Source: an uncultured Deinococcaceae bacterium (GTDB lineage: Bacteria > Deinococcota > Deinococci > Deinococcales > Deinococcaceae). From it: a stretch of 64,000 nt of DNA. The DNA is taken from positions 96,001 through 160,000 of the forward strand of contig CAXULY010000007.1 in assembly GCA_964252075.1 (NCBI GenBank), given 5' to 3'. The translations under genes were made by a program, and so were the position numbers. The notes under the pieces were generated by a model. It was not told where the DNA came from, made no database searches, and saw only the letters and a list, made by a program, of their open reading frames with translations. Every line of letters starts with the position of its first letter. The stretch's first letter is position 1. This document shows positions 23,100 to 32,119 of this stretch, piece after piece.

Positions 23100-23933
23100 A
23101 TGAAGCACACCCTGATCGCCCTCACCAGCATCCTGGCCCTGGGCCTCGCCGCCTGCAGCGAGCGCCCCACCCCTGGCCCCGCCGCCCTGCCGGAAGTGAC
23201 GTACACCGCCACCGAGTTCGCCTTCGCGGGCCCCACCTCCCTGCAGGCCGGCCTGAACGCCATCACCCTGGTGAATGAGGGGCACGAGCCGCACCTGCTG
23301 GAACTCGCGCGCCTGCATGACGGCGTGACGCTCGCGGCCTTCAAGGACGCGCTGGACAGCGGCGACTTCGGCGCGGCCATGGGCATGGTGGACCTCGCGG
23401 GCGGCGTGGACGAACTGGAGCACGGCGGGCGCGGGCGGTACGTGGTGGACCTGAAGCCCGGCACGTACGTGCTGTTCTGCCCGATCGGCGGGGAGGACGA
23501 GCCGCCGCACTTCGACCAGGGCATGATTCAGACGATTCAGGTGCTGCCCCGCACGGGCGAACCGCCCGCCGACCCCGCCTCACAGGTGCAGGTGACGGGC
23601 AGCGAGTACGCGTTCAGCGTCACGGGCACCGCGACGGCCGGGAAGCACACGTGGGCCTTCAGGAACGACGGGAACGAGCCGCACGAACTTGGGCTGGCGC
23701 GCCTGCATGACGGCAAGACGCAGGCGGACCTCATGGCGTGGCTGGAGTCGGGCGAGGGCGAGCCGCCCGCGGACCTGCTGGAGGGCGCCCTGCCCATCGC
23801 GGGGGGCGGGCGCGTGTTCGTGGACCTTGACCTCACGGCGGGGCGTTACGTGGCGTTCTGCATGATCCCTGCGCCCGACGGGAAATCGCACGTGGATCAT
23901 GGCATGGTGCGTGCCTTCAGCATCCAGCCGTGA
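23100..23933 (+). CDS. Lipoprotein with two cupredoxin (type-1 copper) domains
   Basis: Lipobox LAAC; two H...C-x-H-x4-M sets (EPH...LFCPIGGEDEPPHFDQGM; EPH...AFCMIPAPDGKSHVDHGM). Confidence 0.85.
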   Translation: MKHTLIALTSILALGLAACSERPTPGPAALPEVTYTATEFAFAGPTSLQAGLNAITLVNEGHEPHLLELARLHDGVTLAAFKDALDSGDFGAAMGMVDLAGGVDELEHGGRGRYVVDLKPGTYVLFCPIGGEDEPPHFDQGMIQTIQVLPRTGEPPADPASQVQVTGSEYAFSVTGTATAGKHTWAFRNDGNEPHELGLARLHDGKTQADLMAWLESGEGEPPADLLEGALPIAGGGRVFVDLDLTAGRYVAFCMIPAPDGKSHVDHGMVRAFSIQP

Positions 23934-24384
23934 GGCGCGCCCTCCGCTCACGCACAAGGTGAAGCGCGCGAGCCCGTTCTGACAAGGAGTGGCGCACGCG
24001 TGCCCGCACTGTGAGGGAAACGGTGGCCTTAGGCAATATGGGCCGCGACATGGAGTCAAGGTTGGCGCGAGTGGCGCTGTCGAGGACGAGTAACTTGGGC
24101 GAGACGCGCCTCGCCGAATCGCTTATCCGCACGCTCGCGCCACACTTCACACGCCGACCTGCGCGCGGCAGCCCTTAAGCGACTTGTGGGGAGCCTCCGT
24201 CAGCACAACTGCACGCTGAGCCTCTCCAGCCTCACCACACGGCGCCTGCAGGGAGGTCGCCAGGTATCGGACGCTGTGCTCGTTGCGTCGCCCGGAACGG
24301 GGACGCCTCACGCGCGGAGATATTGTGGCTGCGCGCCACGCTGGCGCGTGTGGGACCGCCGCGCGAACATGGCGCTCCCACTAA

Positions 24385-24612
24385 GCTGGAGCCGACTCTG
24401 CCCGCGCACACACCTTCCAGAGGCTGGGCCACGTCGTCGTGGGGCAGCAGTCGTATGTGCTGGCCGCGTGGCACTTCGAGGCGAGCGTGCGGGCTTGCCG
24501 GGAAGGCGCATACCCAGGCACGTTGGTGCGCGGCACGCGTGGGCGCGTACTGACTGAGGCCATAACCCGACGAGCCGGTTGCGCGATCCTGTGCCGGTGG
24601 CGTTCAGCCTAA
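24385..24612 (+). pseudogene. Degenerate TPR-repeat fragment
   Basis: ARAHTFQRLGHVVVGQQSYVLAAWHFEASVRACREGAYP resembles the TPR repeats of the nearby regulator; bounded by in-frame stops. Confidence 0.35.
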
Positions 24613-24869
24613 AGGGCCTTCAGGGTCGATGGACGCTTCGCGTCGCCAGCAGGGCGCTCCGCAGCGGTCAAGCGCGGGGTCCTCATGGCTCGGCTGGCCG
24701 TCAGCCGCGTCCAGAGTGGGTCGCGCCGACCCTACTGAAGCCGATCAGCGAGCCGGATGGCCTGGTGTTGTGAACACACGTGAGGAGCACGTGCACGAAG
24801 CTGAACGCGCAGACGCGGGCGGTCGTCAGCGCGCCACCCTCGACTTCGGCCTGGCCTGATGCCCACCCT

Positions 24870-26210
24870 TCACTCCACGACGATGGTGCCGGTCATGAAG
24901 GGATGAGGGAGGCAGTGGTAGGTGTACACGCCCGGCTGGTCGAGCTTGAGGCTGGCGCGGCTGCCGCGCGTCAGGGGGCGGCTCACCTCAGTGCCGTCCG
25001 GGGCGCGGAGGTTCAGGCCGTGCGACGCGAAGTCGGCGTTCTGCCATGTGACGGTCGTGCCGGCCTTCACGCGCAGCAGCGGTGGGGTGAACTTGAAGCC
25101 CGCGATGCGCACGGTGGGCGTGTCGGCGTCCGTGAGGAGCGGCTGGCTGTGCACGTCGGGCGCGGCGCCCATCGGCATGCCGCCCATGTGGTCGTGCCCG
25201 AGGGTGGCCGCCGTGGGGTCGGGCTTTCCGTGCTCGTCGAGAGGGGAGCCGCCGTGCACCATGAAGTGAATGCCGCCGGGGTACACGCCGTCGTTCGTGG
25301 CGTGCGCGCCGATGTGGTCGTGCATCACGAAGTCCCCGTCGCGGCCCTTCACGAGCAGGTCGTAGCGCTCGCCGGGTGCGATGAGGAGGGTGTCCGCCTC
25401 GATGGGTACGGGCAGGTCGTGGCCGTCCTTGGCGACTTCCAGGAAGGTCATGCCGTGCAGGTGCAGGCTGTGCACCTCGTACCCGAGGTTGATGAAGCGC
25501 AGGAGCGTCACCTGACCGGGCTTGACGTCCACGTCGGGGATGAGCGGTGAGGCCTTGCCGTTCACGAGGAAGTAGTTCGGGGTGGGTTTGTGCACGGCAT
25601 GCGCGGGGTCAGTGTCCTGGTGGCTGTCCCACTCGTCGAGGATCAGGGTGTGTTCGTCCTGCCACACGCGCTTGTCGGGGTCGCGCGGCTCCACGATGAG
25701 GGCGCCGTACATGCCCATGTCGAGGTGCAGGTTCGTCTGGAAATGGCAGTGGTACGCGAAGGTGCCGGCGTCCGTCGCGACGAACTCGTAGGTGTAGGTT
25801 TCACCGGGGAGCACCTCGGTGAGGCCGTCCATGCGTTCGGCGAGGGACACGATGCCGTGCAGGTGGATGGTGTGCGGCTGGTCGAAGGTGTTCACGAGCG
25901 TGACGCGCACGAGGTCCCCCTGCGTGACGCGCAGTTCCGGGCCGGGCACGGTGGGCGTCTGGCCGGGGAAGCCGTACGCCCACTGCTCGACCTTCACGCC
26001 GGGCGCGATTTCCGCCTGAATGCGGTGCACTTCCAGCGTGAATTCCCGCACCTGCCCGGTCGCCTGCTCGACGGGCACCGTGCCGACCGGCTTGAGTTCG
26101 AACTGCCGGATCAGCTGCTCGCGGGACGGCGCGGCGTCCGCCTGCGCGGGGGCGGGTGCGCCCAGCAGCGCGAGGAGGGCCGCCAGGGGCAGGAAGCGGC
26201 GGAGCGTCAC
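24870..26210 (-). CDS. Secreted two-domain multicopper oxidase with C-terminal cupredoxin
   Basis: HTIHLHG, YHCHFQTNLHLDMGM, HSLHLHG, MHDHIGAH; C-terminal YHCLPHPFMTG; signal peptide; GTG overlaps the cupin stop. Confidence 0.88.
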   Translation of the reverse strand: MTLRRFLPLAALLALLGAPAPAQADAAPSREQLIRQFELKPVGTVPVEQATGQVREFTLEVHRIQAEIAPGVKVEQWAYGFPGQTPTVPGPELRVTQGDLVRVTLVNTFDQPHTIHLHGIVSLAERMDGLTEVLPGETYTYEFVATDAGTFAYHCHFQTNLHLDMGMYGALIVEPRDPDKRVWQDEHTLILDEWDSHQDTDPAHAVHKPTPNYFLVNGKASPLIPDVDVKPGQVTLLRFINLGYEVHSLHLHGMTFLEVAKDGHDLPVPIEADTLLIAPGERYDLLVKGRDGDFVMHDHIGAHATNDGVYPGGIHFMVHGGSPLDEHGKPDPTAATLGHDHMGGMPMGAAPDVHSQPLLTDADTPTVRIAGFKFTPPLLRVKAGTTVTWQNADFASHGLNLRAPDGTEVSRPLTRGSRASLKLDQPGVYTYHCLPHPFMTGTIVVE

Positions 26211-26716
26211 GCGCCCTCCAGCGGGCGCGCGAGGGGCGCGAGCAGCGCGAAGGCGAGGGCTTGCACGGCGCGCGGCGCGCGCGTGAACACCACCTCGCGC
26301 CGGAATTCGCGCGCGAACAGGGCGCGCTGCAGCCAACCGGTCCGCTCGCCCGGCGTGAGGCCCAGCTGGCGCCACAGCATGGCTTCGTGCCGCGCGTCGC
26401 GCGGCACCTCCAGCAGCACGTGCGCCTCGGTGTCGCCGGCGTTCCTCCAGGTGTGCCGCGCGCCGGCGGGCACCACAATGCGCTGGTTTCGCGGGGCGTT
26501 CAGGGTGAGGCCGTCGAGGTGCAGGCGCACGCGGCCGCTCAGGACCGTGAGGACCTCCTCGGCGCGCGGGTGCAGGTGAACGCCCACGGCAGGGTGGCCG
26601 GGGGGCAGGAACAGGTCCGCGTGCAGGGGGGCCGCGTCCGGGTGGTCGCCGCGCGCGCGGATCACGGCGCGCGCGCCGGTGGCTGGGTTCGTGAGGGTGT
26701 CTCCGGCTGTTGGCAT
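26207..26716 (-). CDS. Cupin domain protein
   Basis: VHLHPRAEEVLTVLSG and VPAGARHTWRN. Confidence 0.85.
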   Translation of the reverse strand: MPTAGDTLTNPATGARAVIRARGDHPDAAPLHADLFLPPGHPAVGVHLHPRAEEVLTVLSGRVRLHLDGLTLNAPRNQRIVVPAGARHTWRNAGDTEAHVLLEVPRDARHEAMLWRQLGLTPGERTGWLQRALFAREFRREVVFTRAPRAVQALAFALLAPLARPLEGA

Positions 26717-26795
26717 GCGGTTCGGGCTCCTCAGCGGGACGGGCAGGCCCACTCTGGGCCTGCCCGCTCGGGAAAAACGGCGGGGTGGGGGCGCC

Positions 26796-27656
26796 TTACT
26801 TGACGGTGAAGAAGCCGCTCATGCCGAGCATCGCGTGCGGCTGCCCGGTCTTGGGGTCGCCCACGAAGCACGCCACGAAGTACGTGCCGGGCGTGAGGTC
26901 CATCGTGACGTAGTTGCTGTGGCCGGGGTTCATGACTTCCGAGCCGAGGCCGGGCGTCATGTCGAGCGGCGGCTCGCCCTGCGCGTCCGGGCCGGCCATC
27001 AGGAACTTCATGACGTCCTCCTGCGTGTGGCCGTCCTGCACGCGCGCCATCATCAGGAAGTGCGGCTGGCGGCCCTGGTTCGCCACCTCGAAGGTGTGCT
27101 TGCCCGCGCTGATCTGCGTGGCGGGCAGGGCCACCGCGAAGTCCGCGAGTGCCACCTTGTAGTCCGCTTGGGGCGCCGTGGTGTTCGCGGGGCCGCTCAC
27201 GGTGAAGGGCTGGAAGAGGCCGAGCTTCGCGAGCGCCTGGGGGTTCTTGTCGTCCCCGCCGGGATTCAGGGTGGTGGCGACGTACTCGCCGGGGTCGAGC
27301 TTCAGGACGGCGCTGCCGCTCTGGCCGGGCGCCACGTCCACCACGCCGCCGTACAGGTCGGCGGCGTTCAGGAGCGCCTCGGCGCCCGCGTCGCCGGTCA
27401 GGGCGAAGCCCTCCACGGCCTTCAGGAGCGCGTCCTTGCTCACGCCGCTGTTCAGCTTGAAGACCTGCAAGTTGTGCGGCGCGGCGCCCGTGTTCTTCAG
27501 GTTGAACTGCACGAACCCGGCGGGCACGCTGGCGGGCAGGGTGTACGCCTGGTCGGACACGCTGATGTCCACGGCGGGGACGGCCTGCGCGGAGGCGGCG
27601 CCGATCAGGGCGAAGGTGACGGCGGCAATGGCGGTGGCAATTCGGGTGTTGCGCAT
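26796..27656 (-). CDS. Secreted tandem cupredoxin-fold protein
   Basis: Signal peptide; two repeats similar to the 23100 gene; only the second keeps C..H..M (VACFVGDPKTGQPHAMLGM). Confidence 0.82.
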   Translation of the reverse strand: MRNTRIATAIAAVTFALIGAASAQAVPAVDISVSDQAYTLPASVPAGFVQFNLKNTGAAPHNLQVFKLNSGVSKDALLKAVEGFALTGDAGAEALLNAADLYGGVVDVAPGQSGSAVLKLDPGEYVATTLNPGGDDKNPQALAKLGLFQPFTVSGPANTTAPQADYKVALADFAVALPATQISAGKHTFEVANQGRQPHFLMMARVQDGHTQEDVMKFLMAGPDAQGEPPLDMTPGLGSEVMNPGHSNYVTMDLTPGTYFVACFVGDPKTGQPHAMLGMSGFFTVK

Positions 27657-27796
27657 GATGGGTCCTTCCGGGACGCTCCTGCCACCCCCGCCAGTCCGGC
27701 GTGGGGCACGGCGTGCAGTGTGCAGTCCCTGTGGGTGTTCGTCCTGGCCTGTGGCCGGCGACAGGGAGCACCTTAGGCCTCGCGGGGCCGCCGCGT

Positions 27797-27854
27797 CATC
27801 GTCAGAACGAACGGGGCGGCGGACCCGGGACGCGCCTCGTTCATCCTGACGAGG
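27797..27854. promoter_or_regulatory. Paired palindromic operator upstream of the cupredoxin-cupin-MCO operon
   Basis: CATCGT-N8-ACGGGG (27797-27816) and CCTCGT-N8-ACGAGG (27835-27854); minus-strand -10 TAAGGT at 27775-27770. Confidence 0.6.
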
Positions 27855-27883
27855 CGGTGGGCCTACCGGGGCGCTCGTGGGGG

Positions 27884-30625
27884 TCAGGCGAGGCCGAGGT
27901 CGAGGGCGGCGCGCGTGGCGGCCGCCCGCGTCTGCACGTTCAGCTTCGCGTACACGCTCCGCACGTGCGTGTTCACCGTCACCACCCCCACCCCCAGCCG
28001 CGCCGCCATCTGCGCGTTCGTCAACCCCTGCGCCAGGAGCCCCAGCACCTCCCGCTCCCGACCCGTCAGCACCGCCAGCGCCTCCGGCTCGGCGGGGGTG
28101 GGGCGGTCGCCGCCCGTCACCTCCACGTTCACGGGTGCGGGCGGCGTGGGCGGCTGCGCTTCGAGCGCCAGCGTGCGGCCCTGCGCGTACTCCGCCGCGA
28201 AGCCCGAGGCGCCCAGCGCGCCCTGCGCGGACGCCGTGACGCGCGCGAGCCACTCGCGCTCCACGGGCGTGGCGGGCGCGCCCGCCTGCGCGCGCAGTTC
28301 GGCGGCGCGGCCCAGCACGCGCGCCACCGTGCGCGCCTGCGCGGCGCGCGCGTGCACGCCCGCCAGGGTTTCGAGCGCCCGCGCCATCCACAGCCGCGCG
28401 CCCGCCTCGCGCGCCATCGGGAGCGCCTCGTGCAGCAGGGGGGCGGCGTCCTGCGGGCGGCCCTGCGCGAGTTCCAGGCGCGCGAGGTTCACGAGTGAGG
28501 CGGTGAGTCCCAGGCGACTGCCGACGCGCGCGTGCAGGGCGCGCGCCTCCTGCAGGTGCGCGCGGGCCGCCGTGAGGTCCCCGCCGCGCCGCGCGAGGTT
28601 GCCCAGCTCGACCAGCACGAAGCCGGCGCGCAGGGCGTTGCCATGCTCGCGGTAGGTGGCGAGCGCCCGCTCGAAGAGCGCCTGCGCGCCCGCGTTGTCG
28701 CCCTCGTCGGCGGCGACGAGGCCCAGGCACTGCTCCGCCACCGCGATGCGGAAGCGGTCGTGCGCGGCGGCGAACAGCTCGTGCGCGCCCTGGAAGTGCT
28801 GGCGGGCCTCCACGAGCAGGCCGCGCTGGCGGGCCACGTCCCCGAGGGCGAGGAGCGCGGTGGCGGTGCCGTTGCGGTCCCCCTGCGCGCGGTACAGGCT
28901 GAGGGCCTCCGCGAGGGGCGGGCTGGCGGGCGCGAGCTCACCGCGGTACGCGAGGGCGTTCCCCAGGGAGAACAGCGCGTCCGCGAGGTCCGTGGGGTTC
29001 CCCAGTGTGCGGCGCAGCGCGAGGCTCTCCTCGAACAGGTCGCGGGCGCGCGCGAGGTCCCCCTCGGTCAGCGCGAGGTTCCCGAGGTTCTGCAGGGAGG
29101 CGGCGACCGCCGCGAGGTCCCCTTCGGCGCGGCGCAGGTCCAGGCCGCGCTCCAGCAGGGTGCGCGCCTCCGCGTAGGCGTCCTGCCGCCACGCCATGAC
29201 GCCCGCCGCCGTGAGGGCGTGGGCGCGCAGATGGGCGGACAGCGTGCCGGGCAGCGCGAGCACCGCGCCGAGCAGGCGGCGGCCCTCGCTGAAGGCGCCG
29301 CGCGCGTCCCAGTACCAGCGCAGCGCGACCGCCATGCGCGCGGCGCGCTCGGCGTCGGCGCGCGCCACGAGTTCGTTCAGGGCGGCCTGCAGGTCGTCGT
29401 GCTCGGCGTCCAGGCGGGCCAGCCAGTCGCGGCCCTCTGGGCCGTGCAGGCGCGCGGCGGCGTCCTCCGCCAGCGCGAGGTAGTGCGCGGCGTGCCGCTC
29501 GCGCAGGGCGTCCAGCTCCCCGGAGGCCTCCAGGTGCTCCAGCGCGTACTCCCGCACCGTGGACAGCAGCGAGAAGCGCACCTGCGCGGGCTCCGGGAGG
29601 CGCGTCACGAGGCTGTGCTCGACGAGCGCCGTGACGCCGTCCAGCGCGTCGAGGTCCGGTCCGGCGAGGTGCTGCGCGGCGTCCAGCGAGAAGGGGCCCT
29701 CGAAGACGGCGAGGCGCGCGAGAAGGCGGCGTTCCTCCTGGGCGAGCAGCCCGTAACTCCAGTCCAGGGTGGCGCGCAGCGTGCGCTGCCGGTCCGGGCG
29801 GTCCCGCGGGCCGTCCGTCAGCAGCGGCAGGCGGCGCGACAACCGCGCGAGCAGCGCCTCGGGGCTCAGCACGCGCAGCCGGGACGCCGCCAGTTCCAGC
29901 GCCAGCGGCAGCCCGTCCAGCCGCCGCACGATGTCCGCCACCAGGGGCGCGCTGTCCGCGGTGAGGGCGAAGCGCGGCGCGACGGCGCGCGCGCGCTCCT
30001 CGAAAAGCTGGATGCTGCCCGCGCCCAGCAGGCGCTCCAGGCTGTCGGCGTCCGGCCGCAGGCCCCTGGGCGGGAGGTCGAGGGGCGTGAGCGGGAACTC
30101 GTGCTCGCCACTCAGGCGCAGCGGCGCCCGGCTCGTTCCCAGCACCTTCACGCCCGGTGCCTGCGCCAGCACCTCCGCCACCAGCGTCCCCACGCCCAGC
30201 ACCTGCTCCAGGTTGTCCAGCGTCAGCAGCAGTTCGCGGTCCTGCAGGTGTGCCAGCAGCGCCTCCAGTGGGGTGCGGCGCGTCTCGTCCAGGTTCAGCG
30301 CGCGGCACAGCGCGGCGGGCACCACCGTGGGGTCCCGCACGGTGGCGAGCGGCACGAAGACGCTGCCGTGCGCGAAGTGCGGCGCGAGCGTGCGGGTGAG
30401 CGCTTCGGCGAGGCGCGTCTTGCCCACACCGCCCGGCCCCGTCAGCGTCACCAGCGCCACCTCCGCCCGCCGCAGCAGCCGCGCGCAGGCGTCCAGTTCC
30501 CGCTGCCGCCCGATCAGCGCGCCGCGGCTGGCGGCGGGCAGCCCGAGGGGCACGCGCGCTGCTGGGGGGAGCTCAGGTGCAGCCTCGTCCACGCGGTTCT
30601 CCAGGGGCGACCCGCCCGATGTCAT
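27884..30625 (-). CDS. STAND-class ATPase / TPR / LuxR-HTH transcriptional regulator
   Basis: Walker A GPGGVGKT, LLTLDNLEQ, LDGLPLALELAA, many TPR-like repeats, C-terminal LTGREREVLGLLAQGLTNAQMAARL...HVRSVYAKL. Confidence 0.92.
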   Translation of the reverse strand: MTSGGSPLENRVDEAAPELPPAARVPLGLPAASRGALIGRQRELDACARLLRRAEVALVTLTGPGGVGKTRLAEALTRTLAPHFAHGSVFVPLATVRDPTVVPAALCRALNLDETRRTPLEALLAHLQDRELLLTLDNLEQVLGVGTLVAEVLAQAPGVKVLGTSRAPLRLSGEHEFPLTPLDLPPRGLRPDADSLERLLGAGSIQLFEERARAVAPRFALTADSAPLVADIVRRLDGLPLALELAASRLRVLSPEALLARLSRRLPLLTDGPRDRPDRQRTLRATLDWSYGLLAQEERRLLARLAVFEGPFSLDAAQHLAGPDLDALDGVTALVEHSLVTRLPEPAQVRFSLLSTVREYALEHLEASGELDALRERHAAHYLALAEDAAARLHGPEGRDWLARLDAEHDDLQAALNELVARADAERAARMAVALRWYWDARGAFSEGRRLLGAVLALPGTLSAHLRAHALTAAGVMAWRQDAYAEARTLLERGLDLRRAEGDLAAVAASLQNLGNLALTEGDLARARDLFEESLALRRTLGNPTDLADALFSLGNALAYRGELAPASPPLAEALSLYRAQGDRNGTATALLALGDVARQRGLLVEARQHFQGAHELFAAAHDRFRIAVAEQCLGLVAADEGDNAGAQALFERALATYREHGNALRAGFVLVELGNLARRGGDLTAARAHLQEARALHARVGSRLGLTASLVNLARLELAQGRPQDAAPLLHEALPMAREAGARLWMARALETLAGVHARAAQARTVARVLGRAAELRAQAGAPATPVEREWLARVTASAQGALGASGFAAEYAQGRTLALEAQPPTPPAPVNVEVTGGDRPTPAEPEALAVLTGREREVLGLLAQGLTNAQMAARLGVGVVTVNTHVRSVYAKLNVQTRAAATRAALDLGLA

Positions 30626-30653
30626 TGCCCTGATTGTAGCGCTCCGGACAGTC

Positions 30654-30708
30654 AACCGTCATCTGAACGAGGGCGACCGGCGGGCGTCCCTCGTTCATCC
30701 AGACGACG
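30654..30708. promoter_or_regulatory. Paired palindromic operator in the divergent regulator/ycnI-like interval
   Basis: AACCGT-N7-ACGAGG (30654-30672) and CCTCGT-N8-ACGACG (30689-30708); -10 TACGGT at 30730. Confidence 0.55.
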
Positions 30709-30848
30709 CGCGCCGCACCATTCAGCCCGTACGGTGATTCAGGCCCGGGGAGCGCAGGCCAAACGGTCCGACCGCCTCTGCCCCCTCCCACCACCCCCAC
30801 GCCCATGCCCGGCCAGGCACCCCGATCCGACCGCACAGGAGATCCCGC

Positions 30849-30974
30849 ATGGCCACCGCTTCGTCCGTGAATGCCACCCACCTCGCGCGCCTCAGCGGCG
30901 AGCGGAAGTCCGGCCGGCCCGTGTGGAGCGCCGCGGACGCCCGGCCCGCCGTGACTGGCCCCGCCCCGGTCTGA
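30849..30974 (+). CDS. Small ORF (41 aa), possibly a truncated gene remnant
   Basis: AGGAG RBS then MATASSVNATHLARLSGERKSGRPVWSAADARPAVTGPAPV*. Confidence 0.35.
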   Translation: MATASSVNATHLARLSGERKSGRPVWSAADARPAVTGPAPV

Positions 30975-31065
30975 GCGGCGCGCGGCGATCATCCTCGAAT
31001 CACGCGCGGTTTCCTACGCTGCTCCCGTTCGCCCCCACTTCCGCCCCCCGACAAGGAGTTCACCC

Positions 31066-31518
31066 ATGAATCAGTCCATCAAACGAACCGTCACTGTGCT
31101 GACCGCCCTGATCTGCGGCGCGGCGCTCGCGCACGCCACCGTCAAGACCGACGCGGGCGGCAGCGAGAGCCTCGCCGGGAAGTACGAGACGTACCGCCTG
31201 CAGGTGCCGACCGAGAAGGACATCCCCACCGTCCGCGTGCGCCTCGTCTTGCCAGAAGGGGTGCAGGTGAGCAGCTTCATGCCGGTGCCCGGCTTCGTGC
31301 GCAGCGTGGAGCGCGACGCGCAGGGCCACGTGAGCGCCGTGAGCTGGGCGGGCCGCATTCAGCCGGAGGAGTTCCAGCGGTTCCTGTTCAGCGTCCGCAA
31401 CCCCGCCGAAGCCGCCACGCTCGCATGGACGGTGGAGCAGACCTACCAGGACGGCACCGTGGTCCACTGGGACGACCACGACCCCGCCACGCCCGCCAGC
31501 AAGACCAGCGTGAAGTGA
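31066..31518 (+). CDS. YcnI/DUF1775 family copper-binding protein
   Basis: Signal peptide ending ALA-H; YRLQVPTEK, F.RF.FS.RNP, QTYQDGTVVHW. Confidence 0.85.
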   Translation: MNQSIKRTVTVLTALICGAALAHATVKTDAGGSESLAGKYETYRLQVPTEKDIPTVRVRLVLPEGVQVSSFMPVPGFVRSVERDAQGHVSAVSWAGRIQPEEFQRFLFSVRNPAEAATLAWTVEQTYQDGTVVHWDDHDPATPASKTSVK

Positions 31519-31522
31519 GGCC

Positions 31523-32119
31523 GTGAGCACGCCCTCCCCCACCCTGGTTCGTCCCGCGGCGCGCGCCCGCGCGCCGCGGGCTGCGCAGGTGGCGGCGCCC
31601 GCCCTGGTCGCGCTGACCACCGAGGTCGCGCTGCGCCTGACCTTCGGGGACGCGCCCGTGCTGGGTCAGCGCCTCGCGGAAGCACACGGCTGGCTGGCCC
31701 TGCTGGCGCTGCTCCTGACGCTGCTGGCGCGCCCGCTGCGCCTGCTGCGCGTGCGGCGCGCGCTGGGCCTGAGCGCCTTCGCGTTCACGCTCGCGCACCT
31801 CGCGTACGCGTTCGCGCACGTGTTCGGCGCGGACCTGCTGGCCCTGCTGTTCCTGCGCCGCCCGGAACAGCTGGCGCTCGGCCTCGGGGCGCTCGCCGCG
31901 CTGGGGCTGGTGCCGCTCGCACTGACCTCCACGAACGCCGCCATGCGCCGCCTGGGGCCGCACTGGAAGGCGCTGCACCGCATCACCCTTCCCCTGACGC
32001 TGCTGGCCGTGCTGCACACCGTGTGGCTCGGCGTGCACGGCGGCGTCAGCTGGGCGTCGGCGCTGCTGGTCGCGGCGGTGGCGCTCACGCTGTGGCAGCG
32101 CCGCCGGAGGCGCGCGTGA
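31523..32119 (+). CDS. Ferric reductase-like transmembrane protein (MsrQ-like)
   Basis: RRALGLSAF...AHL, LALTSTNAAMRRLGPHWKALHR, VLH heme-ligand pattern. Confidence 0.85.
   Translation: MSTPSPTLVRPAARARAPRAAQVAAPALVALTTEVALRLTFGDAPVLGQRLAEAHGWLALLALLLTLLARPLRLLRVRRALGLSAFAFTLAHLAYAFAHVFGADLLALLFLRRPEQLALGLGALAALGLVPLALTSTNAAMRRLGPHWKALHRITLPLTLLAVLHTVWLGVHGGVSWASALLVAAVALTLWQRRRRRA

Noticed and set aside
26796..28730. 644-aa ORF-track call
   Set aside because: The N-terminal extension overlaps the regulator out of frame; the real start is ATG 27656, with an RBS and signal peptide.
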